Part shown: one piece after another, positions 8,901 to 17,268 of the stretch
Layout of the letters: each line of letters opens with the position of its first letter
Position numbering within the stretch: position 1 is the stretch's first letter
Assembly (NCBI GenBank): GCA_021734945.1
Contig: JAIPIA010000001.1
Location: 4,465 to 68,464 of the forward strand
DNA from: Minisyncoccota bacterium
GTDB lineage: Bacteria; Patescibacteriota; Minisyncoccia; Phycocordibacterales; CAIZLB01
Length of the DNA stretch: 64,000 nt
Direction: 5' to 3'
Translations under genes and position numbers: made by a program
The notes under the pieces: generated by a model
The model's input: the letters and a program-made list of their open reading frames with translations, nothing else
What the model was told of the DNA's origin: nothing
Database searches by the model: none

Positions 8901-9469
8901 GTATTTTTGGCGAGAGTTCTACTATTGAAACATCTACTGGTGGCTGTTCAACAACATATTACACAGAAGGAAACATTAACTACCAAAGCAGATGTGGAGT
9001 TGTGACTGTAGTTAATACTAACACTCCCATAGCTGTATCAAGTGGAAGTACTGGCGGTTCCACATCAAATGTAACACCTACTACATCAAGTACCGTTGCA
9101 ACTTCAACACAAACCACAACAGTTCATACTGATTCATGTCTCCCAGGATACCTATTCAATATCTTAACTGGACAGCGGTGTCAAACTACATCTGTTACAG
9201 AAAACCCTTCAACAAATACAGCTACTACATATATCTTTTCTAGAAACCTCAAGTTTGGTTCAACAGGAGAAGACGTACGACAACTCCAGATATTCCTAAA
9301 CTTTAAAGGATTCATGGTATCAACTACTGGTGCCGGATCAGTTGGAAAGGAGACTGACTACTTTGGTCCTGCTACACGAACTGCTTTAATTAAGCTCCAG
9401 AAAGCAAAGAACATCAAACCATCCATTGGATATTTTGGACCTATTACAAGAGGGATTGTTGGGAGGTAG
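2930..9469 (+). CDS. giant secreted or cell-surface protein (2179 aa): signal/TM anchor, three FN3-like repeats, Gly-rich region, Ig-like (Big) domains, C-terminal peptidoglycan-binding (PG_binding_1-like) domain
   Basis: N-terminal hydrophobic segment LYVSLLLVCFLVVFSLIKFNSVSA. Three copies of TDYL(I/V)EYKLSADSSWTTFTDGVSTATTTTVTGL..YDFR. About 220 aa of GGGxGG repeats. Ig-like TPPTVSITAP...VQFYRD...HTIFAVARDVAGN. C-terminal FGSTGEDVRQLQIFLN...YFGPATRTALIKLQ, typical of a PG-binding domain. Confidence 0.8.
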   Translation: MLSKYKNRKLYVSLLLVCFLVVFSLIKFNSVSAATTSAPRSLGGSITSSTSITLTWLPPAVGAATVTDYLVEYKLSADSSWTTFTDGVSTATTTTVTGLTNGSNYDFRISAINIDGTSTPSYVISIVSWVSATGGTVTEVGGYRLHTFTSSSSISFQSGGSVETLIVGGGGGGGTTVAGGGGAGGVVSTSTNVSSGTLAVTVGGGGAGGVNGAAGANGSNGATSTFNSISASGGGAGAGFNTAGSAGASGGGTGANSTGAGGTAISGQGFAGGTGASATLNAGGGGGGAGGVGGNGLNGVAGNGGTGVQSSITGTAVYYGGGGGGGSRTSSGGISAGVGGNGGGGAGGISTVGYAGTANTGGGGGGGGFNGAHLGGGNGGSGIIIIRYPVVFSGILQVPVISSAVSNTQKVTLVWSIGQGSSPQITDFKIEYKLSADSSWTTFTDGVSTATTTTVTGLTNGQSYDFRISSINSSSATSDPSDTVTVTPNVSVPSTPQNIFITVGSSTRAILTWDAPVLDNGASTTDYLIEYKLSADSSWTTFTDGVSTATTTTVTGLLDTLSYDFRVSAINSVGTSSPSSTVTDTPGYFVLVDNFDTSVINTSKWTEFDAAVGGSGGSAGNVQQSAGKLSVTGNSAWGQNGLQSNATFSRSFGDVEVKVTMTGSCTVGTSFNFGYGDINFGAAGTYSYIISKAGSSWTLYYFQNGSNSTSVPMSGIPCTTGNDVTLRMVALQAGGVSVFVGTSTTPVATVASGTFNNKKVWLQTNGNGDITTFDNLRVSEPLSLPLAPGSIVVSPADSQVDLSWVAGNANGSTITDYQLQYKLPTTATWTTFSDSVSTSTTGSIMGLTNGIIYNFRVVPISNNGTGTPSVAVSSAARITTLAAPTATSVSILGTPTVDETLRGYYLFADPNGDIEGSSTYRWLVSNTAGGTYTPISGAISNTYVVTSNESGKYLKFEVTPVSSIGPYVGSAVLSSSSLQVATTSYINHILSTGQSLSVGWNGTPALTTTQPYSNKMLTGGSGSTFTPLIESSVESMSSSLGNSLTYLSPNASFQSAVTMHGIPSYSYSQIKKGTSAYTTGMTQTTNVFNAAAGLGKVDRVIGVTVIHGETDNVNGNGLAYEGYLHEWQTDYDTDVRAITGQSDTVPMFTDQTSSHTGYGYTTSLIPVAQLAASEDYPGMNILVAPKYFLTYVDGGHLNNVSYRWLGEYYAKVMKKVVIDKETWRPLSPDSIVRNGNTIYAKFHVPAGPLVIDTTNVLAKSNYGFEYYDTASTTSISSVSLINSDTVKIVLNGTPTGSDQRLRYAYTGVGAYGTAPGAQSSGSARGNLRDSDPAVPLYATTTSNANNLYNWTVQFDKPITDDTTAPSQSNISSSPGVSTSTITWFTNENSDTQVEYGTTSTIYTASTTLDSSVLSSSHGVTLTGLSSNTTYYYRVISRDIAQNRTNSSEQTFTTSAGAPVLSEPSQVTSVVAATSTPSQATITFATSSSDGGSSILYYTASSTPGGYTATSTGSPIIVTGLTNGTAYTFTVTATNAIGVSALSTASNSVTPLALPDTTPPTVSITAPTDSSTILGSTVTISADSSDNVGVVGVQFYRDSNVAIGSEDTTSTYGVTFDSTAVSNGSHTIFAVARDVAGNYATSTSVTVTVDNPPTPVTQTLTLDAATSVGTSSAIFNVTVVSDGYASSSLLGFEYGTTTSYGSTLTLGGSFGVGSYYNTAFDLIPNTTYHFRAYTTNSAGTASSSDLTFTTLSLNTTPSAITASPLNTSATITWITSDPASSQVIFGLTTSYGSSTTVTNISPRVTSHGVSVVGLTSCTLYHYQVSGTDVTSVTSTSSDQTFVTTGCSASAPITASNEGSITTSAGGTLTQDQITITVPTGFTGTSSSAVFQAHKLDGSVFFNSISAPTGLVSVGGNVFNLKALTDSSTLLTTFDAPITVVLSYSPSDITGVDESTLWIYRYDGSQWYPLSNCTTDTGSHTVTCETSNFSDFSIFGESSTIETSTGGCSTTYYTEGNINYQSRCGVVTVVNTNTPIAVSSGSTGGSTSNVTPTTSSTVATSTQTTTVHTDSCLPGYLFNILTGQRCQTTSVTENPSTNTATTYIFSRNLKFGSTGEDVRQLQIFLNFKGFMVSTTGAGSVGKETDYFGPATRTALIKLQKAKNIKPSIGYFGPITRGIVGR
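3143..3236 (+). repeat. intragenic direct repeat, copy 1 (near-identical at DNA level; FN3 core)
   Basis: gaatacaagctctcagccgattcatcatggacaacatttactgatggtgtatcgactgctacaaccacaacagttacagggctt recurs almost verbatim at 4220 and 4517. Confidence 0.8.
3421..4080 (+). repeat. GGN-codon low-complexity tract encoding the Gly-rich region
   Basis: Runs of ggtgga/ggaggt codons. Opposite-strand Pro-rich ORFs (3397..3579, 3883..4131) are mirror artefacts. Confidence 0.7.
4220..4313 (+). repeat. intragenic direct repeat, copy 2
   Basis: Same ~90-nt block as 3143-3236. Confidence 0.8.
4517..4610 (+). repeat. intragenic direct repeat, copy 3
   Basis: Same ~90-nt block as 3143-3236. Confidence 0.8.
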
Positions 9470-9687
9470 AGGAAAATTTTATTTTAACCTTGACACCCTA
9501 TGTCAACAACACTACCCACAAGCTCCAAAAACGCCTATAAATAAGACCCCTCAGTAGTCCACACCTTTGTCAACATTGACTAATTGACACCTGTGGATAA
9601 ATCGTTTAATATAAGAATCCTGTGTAAGACGATTGAGTTTTGACCGGCTCTTCGCAGAAACTCCTTATCACCTAGCTTAGTGAGAGA

Positions 9688-9770
9688 CATGAAAGATATA
9701 TCTATCTTTCATGTCCGAACGAGTGACGGTGATATATGAGGGTAAACCTCATATATTTATAGCTTTATTT
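9688..9770 (+). promoter_or_regulatory. two strong hairpins in the rpoB upstream leader; the second is followed by a T-rich tract
   Basis: Perfect 10-bp stem catgaaagat/atctttcatg (9688-9713). 8-bp stem atatgagg/cctcatat (9734-9754) followed by atttatagctttatttt. Could be a terminator or attenuator upstream of rpoB. Confidence 0.3.
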
Positions 9771-10014
9771 TGCATATTCAAACCTTTAATTATTTATCTT
9801 AAATACACACCTTCAGCTCAATATTGGGTCAACAATGTTTCTGGAGGTGTTTGTTTAATTTATTAATTCTAGAAATGTTTATAAAAATAATTCTTTAAAA
9901 AAGTAGAGTGCCGATTTGTACTAAAATGCAATGACAGCAAATGACTGAATAAGACCTTTATTAGATCGGAAACAATTTTCGTAAATTTAAACGCATAAAA
10001 CGCTCACAATATTT

Positions 10015-13000
10015 ATGTCTCGACCAAAGAAATATTTTTCACGTTTCAAGGAACCGCTCACACCGCTTCCAAACTTAGTAGAAGGACAGCTCGACTCATA
10101 TAAATGGCTCCTTGAAAAAGGACTTAAAACTGTATTTGATGAGTTCGTAGGGATTAAGGATTATTCAGACAAAAAGTTCGAACTTGATTTTACAGGCTTT
10201 GAACTCGTAAAACCAAAGTACGACGAATTTTACGCTAAAGAAAATAAGCTCAACTATGAAGGAGGTCTTAAGGTGATGATTAAACTTAAGAATAAGATCT
10301 TCGGTTCTACAAAAGAACAGGAAGTATTCATGGCTGATTTCCCGATGATGACAAATCACGGTACTTTTATTATTAATGGTATTGAGCGACTTATAGTTCC
10401 ACAGATCATCCGTTCATACGGTGCTTTTTTTGTTTCTTCTGAAACAAAAGGTAAAAACTATTTCGGTGCAAAAATCATCCCTGCACGAGGTGCATGGATT
10501 GAACTTGAAAGTGACGCTGATGGAGCTATCTACGTGCGAATCGACCGAAAACGAAAGTTTGCAGTTACTTCACTTCTACGAGCTTTTGGCGCTGAAACAG
10601 ATTCAGACATCAAGGCGCTTTTCAAAGGAAATGAAAATGCAACATCATATATAGAGACAAGTCTTGCAAAAGATCACGCGAAGACAAAAGATGAAGCGTA
10701 TATCGAAATCCACAAGCGACTTCGAGATGGAGACCTCGCTACAGCTGAAAACGCTCGAGAATTCTTCACGGCTCTCATTGGTCCTGAGCGATATGACCTC
10801 TCAAAAGTAGGACGATTCCGATTTAATCAGCGATTTGAAAAATCAATGGAAGAGAAGGCGCTTGCCCAAATGACACTCTCTATTGATGACATCGTTGCTA
10901 TAATTTCAAAAATTATAGAACTTAACCTCAATCCAAACTCAATCAACGACGATATCGATCACCTCGGTTCACGACGTGTGCGATTTGTTGGTGAACTTCT
11001 CCAGCAGAAAATCCGAGTTGGTATGACACAGATTAAGCGAAACATTCAGAACCGAATGTCGACTATTGATACAGACGCTTCACTTCCAGTGCAGTTTGTT
11101 TCTCCACGTCCACTTCAGGCTCGAATTAAAGAATTCTTTACAACAAACCAGTTGTCACAGTTCATGTCACAGGAAAACATCCTTGCAGAAATTGAACACC
11201 TTCGACGTATTTCAGCCCTCGGTCAGGGAGGCCTTACACGAGAGCGAGCTGGTATTGAAGTTCGAGATGTGCACCCATCACATTATGGCCGAATCTGTCC
11301 TATTCATACACCTGAAGGTCAGAACATTGGTCTTGTATTGCAGCTTGCAACATATGCTCGAATCAACCACTTCGGTATGATCGAAACTCCATATGCAAAA
11401 GTGAAAGCCGGAAAGATCACAAAAGAAATTGTGTACCTGAATGCACTTGAAGAAGAAGGATTCAAGATCGCACATGCCGCAACTGAATATGATGCAGCTG
11501 GTCTTATAAAAGATCAGAATGTTGAAGTTCGAATCAAAGGTGAGCCAGTTATTATTGATCGTAGTGAAGTAGACTTTATAGATGTTGCACCTGAACAGGC
11601 ATTCTCAGTTTCTACATCTATGATTCCATTTATGAACCACGATGATGCCAACCGAGCTCTCATGGGTTCTAACATGCAGAAGCAGGCTACTCCTTGTATT
11701 GTTCCTGAGGCTCCACTTGTTGCAACAGGTATTGAATCAAAAGCAGCTGAAGATACAGGACGAGTTATTCTAGCTCCAGAGGATGGAACTATTACATATG
11801 TAGATGCATCAAAAGTCATTCTCAAGGGCGCTAAGCAGGATTATGAATATAAACTCACAATCTTCAACAGAACAAACCAGTTCACAGCTTCACACCAGCG
11901 ACCAACAGTTTCACTTAATCAGAAAGTTAAGCGAGGTGATGTGCTCGTAGATACATCTACATCTGTAGATGGTCAGATGGCGCTTGGACAAAACTGTCTC
12001 GTTGCATTCATGACATGGTCTGGATCAAACTATGAAGATGCGATTATTCTTTCAGAACGACTTGTAAAAGATTCAAAGTTTACAACTATTCACATTGAAG
12101 AATTCGTAATCAACGTACGAGATACAAAGCTTGGGCCCGAAGTTACAACTCACGATATTCCAAACGTAGGTGAAGGGCGACTCAAGAACCTCGATGTAGA
12201 TGGTATCGTCCGAGTAGGTGCTGAAGTTCGACCTGGAGATATCCTTGTTGGAAAAATTACTCCAAAGACAGAAACTCAGCTTACTCCAGAAGAACGACTC
12301 CTCCGATCTATCTTCGGTGAAAAATCACGAGATGTAAAAGATACATCAAAGCGATTGGAAAATGGAAAGAAAGGACGAGTTATTGGTATCAAGATTTTCT
12401 CTCGAGAAAAAGGAGACAAACTCGATTCTGGAATCCTCAAGCGAATTCACATTGAAGTTGCTGTTCTTCGAAACGTATCAGTGGGTGATAAGCTCGCTGG
12501 ACGACACGGAAACAAAGGTGTTATCTCACGAATTCTTCCAGTTGAAGATATGCCATATATGGCAGACGGAACTCCTGTGGATGTAATTCTTACTCCACTC
12601 GGTGTACCTTCACGTATGAACCTCGGTCAGATTCTCGAACTCCACCTCGGTCTTGCTGCAAAAGCTCTCAACTACCAAGCTATCGTTCCACCATTCATGG
12701 GTGCTACTGTAGATGAAGTAAAAGAGGAGCTTGTTAAAGCTGGATACAATGAGACTGGAAAAATGAAACTATTTGACGGACGAACAGGTGAAGCGTTTGC
12801 ACAGGATATTGCGGTTGGTTACATGTACATATTGAAACTTCACCACATGGTTGATGACAAGATTCACATGCGATCTATTGGTCCCTACTCTCTCATTACT
12901 CAGCAACCACTTGGAGGTAAAGCTCAAGGAGGAGGTCAGAGATTCGGAGAAATGGAAGTGTGGGCACTCGCTGGTTATGGAGCAGCTCATACTCTTCGAG

Positions 13001-13209
13001 AAATGTTGACTATTAAGTCTGATGACATTCAAGGTCGTTCTCAGGCATTCGATTCTATCGTTAAAGGTCAGAAGCTTTTGGAACCAAACACTCCAGCATC
13101 ATTCAATGTACTCCTTGCAAACTTGCGAGGTCTTGGCATCGATGTAGAGCTTATGAAAGAGACTGAAGACGGTCAGATTATTACTACTGATGAAGTTCTT
13201 GCAGATTAA
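10015..13209 (+). CDS. rpoB: DNA-directed RNA polymerase subunit beta
   Basis: 1064 aa, collinear with RpoB. Conserved blocks include GQNIGLVLQLATYARIN, NMQKQATP, GDKLAGRHGNKGVIS and QRFGEMEVWALAGYGA. Confidence 0.97.
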   Translation: MSRPKKYFSRFKEPLTPLPNLVEGQLDSYKWLLEKGLKTVFDEFVGIKDYSDKKFELDFTGFELVKPKYDEFYAKENKLNYEGGLKVMIKLKNKIFGSTKEQEVFMADFPMMTNHGTFIINGIERLIVPQIIRSYGAFFVSSETKGKNYFGAKIIPARGAWIELESDADGAIYVRIDRKRKFAVTSLLRAFGAETDSDIKALFKGNENATSYIETSLAKDHAKTKDEAYIEIHKRLRDGDLATAENAREFFTALIGPERYDLSKVGRFRFNQRFEKSMEEKALAQMTLSIDDIVAIISKIIELNLNPNSINDDIDHLGSRRVRFVGELLQQKIRVGMTQIKRNIQNRMSTIDTDASLPVQFVSPRPLQARIKEFFTTNQLSQFMSQENILAEIEHLRRISALGQGGLTRERAGIEVRDVHPSHYGRICPIHTPEGQNIGLVLQLATYARINHFGMIETPYAKVKAGKITKEIVYLNALEEEGFKIAHAATEYDAAGLIKDQNVEVRIKGEPVIIDRSEVDFIDVAPEQAFSVSTSMIPFMNHDDANRALMGSNMQKQATPCIVPEAPLVATGIESKAAEDTGRVILAPEDGTITYVDASKVILKGAKQDYEYKLTIFNRTNQFTASHQRPTVSLNQKVKRGDVLVDTSTSVDGQMALGQNCLVAFMTWSGSNYEDAIILSERLVKDSKFTTIHIEEFVINVRDTKLGPEVTTHDIPNVGEGRLKNLDVDGIVRVGAEVRPGDILVGKITPKTETQLTPEERLLRSIFGEKSRDVKDTSKRLENGKKGRVIGIKIFSREKGDKLDSGILKRIHIEVAVLRNVSVGDKLAGRHGNKGVISRILPVEDMPYMADGTPVDVILTPLGVPSRMNLGQILELHLGLAAKALNYQAIVPPFMGATVDEVKEELVKAGYNETGKMKLFDGRTGEAFAQDIAVGYMYILKLHHMVDDKIHMRSIGPYSLITQQPLGGKAQGGGQRFGEMEVWALAGYGAAHTLREMLTIKSDDIQGRSQAFDSIVKGQKLLEPNTPASFNVLLANLRGLGIDVELMKETEDGQIITTDEVLAD

Positions 13210-13288
13210 GTTTTAAGAAATTAAGTCGTTTCAAAATACTTAAAATTATCTAAAATAAAAATCAAAAGAATTTAACTCAAAAATAATC

Positions 13289-16200
13289 ATGAAAAACATA
13301 CATAACAACAATCTTCCAAGAACAATCGACGACTTCGAAGCAGTTATTTTGAAGCTTGCTTCACCTGAACGAATTCGAGAGTGGTCATTTGGTGAGGTTA
13401 CAAAACCTGAGACGATGAACTATCGAACTCAGCGATCTGAAAAGAACGGTCTTTTCGATGAAAAAATCTTCGGTCCTGAACGAGACTACGAATGTTACTG
13501 TGGAAAATATAAGGGAATTCGATATAAGGGAATTGTCTGTGAAAAATGTGGAGTAGAGCTCACACGATCAATCGTTCGACGAGAACGAATGGGTCACATC
13601 GAGCTTTGTGTTCCTGTTTCTCACATCTGGTACCTCCGAACAATGCCATCACGAGTTGCAACAATTCTCGGAATGAGTGCAGCTGATATTGAAAAAGTTG
13701 TGTACTTTGCTGGTTACCTTATTACAAAAGTAAACAAGGATCAGAAAGAATCACTTCTTAAAGAACTCGACAATGAATACAAGAATAAAGTTAAGTCTCT
13801 TTCTGATGAAAAATCAAAGGAAGCTCTTACTGAACTCCTTATGGGTGCTAAGCGAGAAATCGAAAGTATCACTGAAGGAAAAGTTCTTGATGAAGTTGAA
13901 TATCACAAGTTCTCACTTAAGTATGGTACAGCGTTTGAAGCTGGAATCGGTGCTGAAGCAGTATTCAATATTTTCAAAAATCTTGATACAAAGAAGCTTC
14001 TTGCTTCACTTGAAGAAACAATGCAAAAAGTTTCTGCGGCTGATCGAGAAAAACTATTCCGACGAGTTAGTCTTTTGAAATCTATGTCACGATCAGGTAT
14101 TCGACCTGAGTGGATGTTCATCAACGCTCTTCCTGTTATCCCAGCAGCACTTCGACCTATGGTTGCTCTTGAAGGTGGACGACACGCTACATCTGATGTA
14201 AACGATCTTTACCGACGAGTTATTAACCGAAACAATCGACTTCGAAAACTTAAGGAAATTAATGCTCCTGACGTTATTCTTCGAAACGAAAAGCGAATTC
14301 TACAGGAGGCTGTTGATGCACTTATCGACAACTCTATCCGACACGGAAGTGCTGTATACGCAGGACTCAATGCTGCACAGCGACGACCTCTTAAGTCACT
14401 TGCTGACAACCTAAAAGGTAAGCGAGGTCTCTTCCGACAGAACCTTCTCGGTAAACGAGTAGACTACTCTGGACGATCAGTAATCGTTGTAGGTCCAGAT
14501 CTTAAGTTGAACCAGTGTGGTCTTCCAAAGCACATGGCACTTGAGCTCTTCCGACCATTCGTTATCTCAGAACTCTTGAAGCGAGAAATGGCATTCAACA
14601 TTCGAGGAGCATCACGACTTATTGATGATGGTATTCCAGAAGTATGGGCTATTCTTGAACAAGTTATTCAGAACAAGCGAGTACTTCTAAACCGAGCTCC
14701 AACACTTCACCGACTTTCTATTCAGGCTTTCAAGCCAGTATTGATTGAAGGTAATGCTATCCAGGTTCATCCACTTGTATGTTCTCCATTCAACGCCGAC
14801 TTCGACGGAGATACTATGGCCGTTCACGTTCCACTTTCAGAAGAAGCACAGAAAGAAGCTGAGATGATCATGGAATCTTCAAAGAACATCTTGAAGCCAG
14901 GAACTGGTGATTCAACTGTTACAAAGAAGATGCTCGACATCGTACTTGGTTCATACTGGATGACTAAAGCAGTTACAGGTGAAAAGGGAGAAGGAAAAGT
15001 ATTTGGTGGTCCAGAAGAAGCTGTTACAGCACAATCATTTGATATCGTCTCATACCGAGCTGCTATCAAAGTTCTTGCTCCAACAACTGGTGAACTTGCT
15101 GAAAAGTACAAAGCATTTGAAGGAAAAGTATTCGACACAACAGTTGGACGAATTCTCTTCAACAATCTTTTGCCAGCTGACTATGCATTCATTAACAAAG
15201 AAATCACAAACTCTGTGATGAACGGAATTATGGATGACATTATTACTCACCGAGGAAGTGAAAATGTTCATGGACTTATCGACTCTATCAAAGAGTTCGG
15301 ATTCAAGTACGTAACAAAATCTGGTGTTACTTGGTCAATCGATGACATCAAGATTCCTGAAGGTAAAGGTGCACTCGTTGATGCTGCTACTATCAAGTCA
15401 GCGGCGGTTACAGCTGAATATAACGACGGTCTCCTTTCTGAAGAAGAAAAGACTCGAAAGAATGTGGAAATTTGGCAGGATACAAAGTCAGAAATTGAAA
15501 AGCTCGTTGATCAGGCTCTCGACAAGAACAGTCCTGTATACGACATGGTGAAGTCAGGTGCCCGAGGTTCCCTTGGTAACCTTACTCAGATGGTTGGTAT
15601 GAAAGGTCTTATTGCAAACGCGCAAGGAGAGACAATCGAACTTCCAATCATTTCATCTTTCAAAGAAGGATTTACACCGATTGAATACTTCATTTCTACT
15701 CACGGTGCCCGAAAAGGTATGACTGACACAGCCTTGAACACGGCTCGAGCCGGTTACCTTACACGACGACTCTTCGTAGTTGCTCAGTCAGTAATGATTA
15801 CCGAAGAAGACTGTGGATCAAAAGATGGTGTTGCAATTCACCGAGTAGGTTCATCTGGTATCAGTACATCACTTGTAAAAAGTGTGACTGGACGAGTACT
15901 TTCAAAAGATACTACAAATGCAGCGGGAGAAGTTCTCTTCAAACGAAATCACCTTGTTACAAAAGATGATGCAGCCGTTCTTGAAAAAGCTGGACTCAAC
16001 GAAGTCTGGGTACGATCACCTCTTAACTGTAAGACAGAGCTTGGCGTTTGTGCGCAGTGTTACGGATATGACCTTGGTAGAAATAGACTTGTAGAAGTTG
16101 GAGAAGCTGTTGGAACAGTCGCTGCACAGGCGATTGGTGAACCAGGTACACAGCTTACAATGCGTACGTTCCACGCCGGAGGTGTAGCTACAGTGGGTGG

Positions 16201-16984
16201 AGACATCACGGCGGGTCTTCCTCGAATCGAAGAAATCTTCGACAATCGAACTCCAAAGAATCCAGCCGTTATTGCAACTCTTGATGGTGTGATTACAGAT
16301 ATTCGAGAAGTTAACAAAGAACGAGTTATTAAACTTCTTCCTGATGTGCCAACAAAATCAAAGAAGGGAAGCGAAGTAGAATATGTATTCCACTATGCAC
16401 GAACTCCTATTGTAAAAGTTGGACAGCACGTTTCAAAGGGTGATTTCCTTACTGACGGTTCTGCAGATCTAGAAGAACTCTTTGTTCTAGCAGGAAAGGA
16501 GCGAGCTCAGGAATATATCATTGCTGAAGCGAAGAAGATTTATGAACTTCAGGGTGAAAACGTTTCTCGAAAGCATCTCGAAGTTATTGTACGAGAAATG
16601 TTTGGACGAGTACGAGTTTCAGAAGCAGGAGACACTCCATTTGCAGTTGGCGACTATGTTGAACGATTTGAATTTGATCAAACAAACCGACGAACAAAGA
16701 TGGATGGCGGTATTGAAGCAAAAGCAAATCCAGTTGTGATGGGTATCGCAGAAGCGTCACTTAACCGACGAAGTTTCCTTTCAGCAGCTTCATTCCAGCA
16801 CACAAACCGAATGCTTATCTCTGCATCACTTAAAGCTAACAAGGATCCACTCTACGGTATTATGGAAAACGTAATTATCGGACGATTGATTCCTGCTGGA
16901 ACAGGATTCAAGGGGAGCAAGAAGTACGAAATGATCGAGAAATTCAAAGAAGAAGCAATGCGAGAAAATCAGGAGAACGCATAG
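13289..16984 (+). CDS. rpoC: DNA-directed RNA polymerase subunit beta'
   Basis: 1231 aa. N-terminal Zn ribbon CYCGKYKG...CEKCGVE, catalytic NADFDGD, trigger-loop and bridge-helix blocks. Confidence 0.97.
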   Translation: MKNIHNNNLPRTIDDFEAVILKLASPERIREWSFGEVTKPETMNYRTQRSEKNGLFDEKIFGPERDYECYCGKYKGIRYKGIVCEKCGVELTRSIVRRERMGHIELCVPVSHIWYLRTMPSRVATILGMSAADIEKVVYFAGYLITKVNKDQKESLLKELDNEYKNKVKSLSDEKSKEALTELLMGAKREIESITEGKVLDEVEYHKFSLKYGTAFEAGIGAEAVFNIFKNLDTKKLLASLEETMQKVSAADREKLFRRVSLLKSMSRSGIRPEWMFINALPVIPAALRPMVALEGGRHATSDVNDLYRRVINRNNRLRKLKEINAPDVILRNEKRILQEAVDALIDNSIRHGSAVYAGLNAAQRRPLKSLADNLKGKRGLFRQNLLGKRVDYSGRSVIVVGPDLKLNQCGLPKHMALELFRPFVISELLKREMAFNIRGASRLIDDGIPEVWAILEQVIQNKRVLLNRAPTLHRLSIQAFKPVLIEGNAIQVHPLVCSPFNADFDGDTMAVHVPLSEEAQKEAEMIMESSKNILKPGTGDSTVTKKMLDIVLGSYWMTKAVTGEKGEGKVFGGPEEAVTAQSFDIVSYRAAIKVLAPTTGELAEKYKAFEGKVFDTTVGRILFNNLLPADYAFINKEITNSVMNGIMDDIITHRGSENVHGLIDSIKEFGFKYVTKSGVTWSIDDIKIPEGKGALVDAATIKSAAVTAEYNDGLLSEEEKTRKNVEIWQDTKSEIEKLVDQALDKNSPVYDMVKSGARGSLGNLTQMVGMKGLIANAQGETIELPIISSFKEGFTPIEYFISTHGARKGMTDTALNTARAGYLTRRLFVVAQSVMITEEDCGSKDGVAIHRVGSSGISTSLVKSVTGRVLSKDTTNAAGEVLFKRNHLVTKDDAAVLEKAGLNEVWVRSPLNCKTELGVCAQCYGYDLGRNRLVEVGEAVGTVAAQAIGEPGTQLTMRTFHAGGVATVGGDITAGLPRIEEIFDNRTPKNPAVIATLDGVITDIREVNKERVIKLLPDVPTKSKKGSEVEYVFHYARTPIVKVGQHVSKGDFLTDGSADLEELFVLAGKERAQEYIIAEAKKIYELQGENVSRKHLEVIVREMFGRVRVSEAGDTPFAVGDYVERFEFDQTNRRTKMDGGIEAKANPVVMGIAEASLNRRSFLSAASFQHTNRMLISASLKANKDPLYGIMENVIIGRLIPAGTGFKGSKKYEMIEKFKEEAMRENQENA

Positions 16985-17080
16985 TTGGACGCCTAGTTAC
17001 AATTAAATATAAGCATCGCGAAACATATACAAAAGATAGCGCGAACTTAGCACGTTGATTAATAACTTAATAAAAGGCTC

Positions 17081-17262
17081 CAACTCATATTCTGAGTCAC
17101 ACTGGAAGAAATTTGCGAAAGCGAACAACAACCAATGAGGCTCAGAAATATGAGTTGAAGTTGAACTTTAATCTTAATTTCGCCGCCGCGCCAGTCGAGT
17201 CCAAGTGCAATCGACTCGACACGAACCAGCTGGTTCGGACATTGCGCGGTACGATTTCGCAA
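17081..17262 (+). other. structured spacer between rpoC and dnaG: a long imperfect inverted repeat plus a locally GC-rich multi-hairpin segment
   Basis: caactcatattctgag (17081-17096) pairs with ctcagaaatatgagttg (17141-17157), about 16 bp with one bulge. The GC-rich block contains gtcgagtc...gactcgac (8-bp stem), gaaccagctggttc (palindrome), and gccgcgc...gcgcggt closing complementarity. There is no T-run, so this is not a simple terminator. Confidence 0.3.
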
Positions 17263-17268
17263 AATCGC

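Noticed and set aside
10165-16739. Numerous 60-110-aa ORFs antisense or out of frame within rpoB and rpoC
   Set aside because: They are embedded in highly conserved, unambiguous RNAP genes and have no motifs. They are typical spurious ORFs in long genes.
17113-17268. N-terminal 52-codon extension of the dnaG ORF (MRKRTTTNEAQ...)
   Set aside because: The extension runs through a GC-rich hairpin-forming spacer. The conserved DnaG N-terminus begins at MSSAAETIKD (17269). The extension is most likely non-coding.
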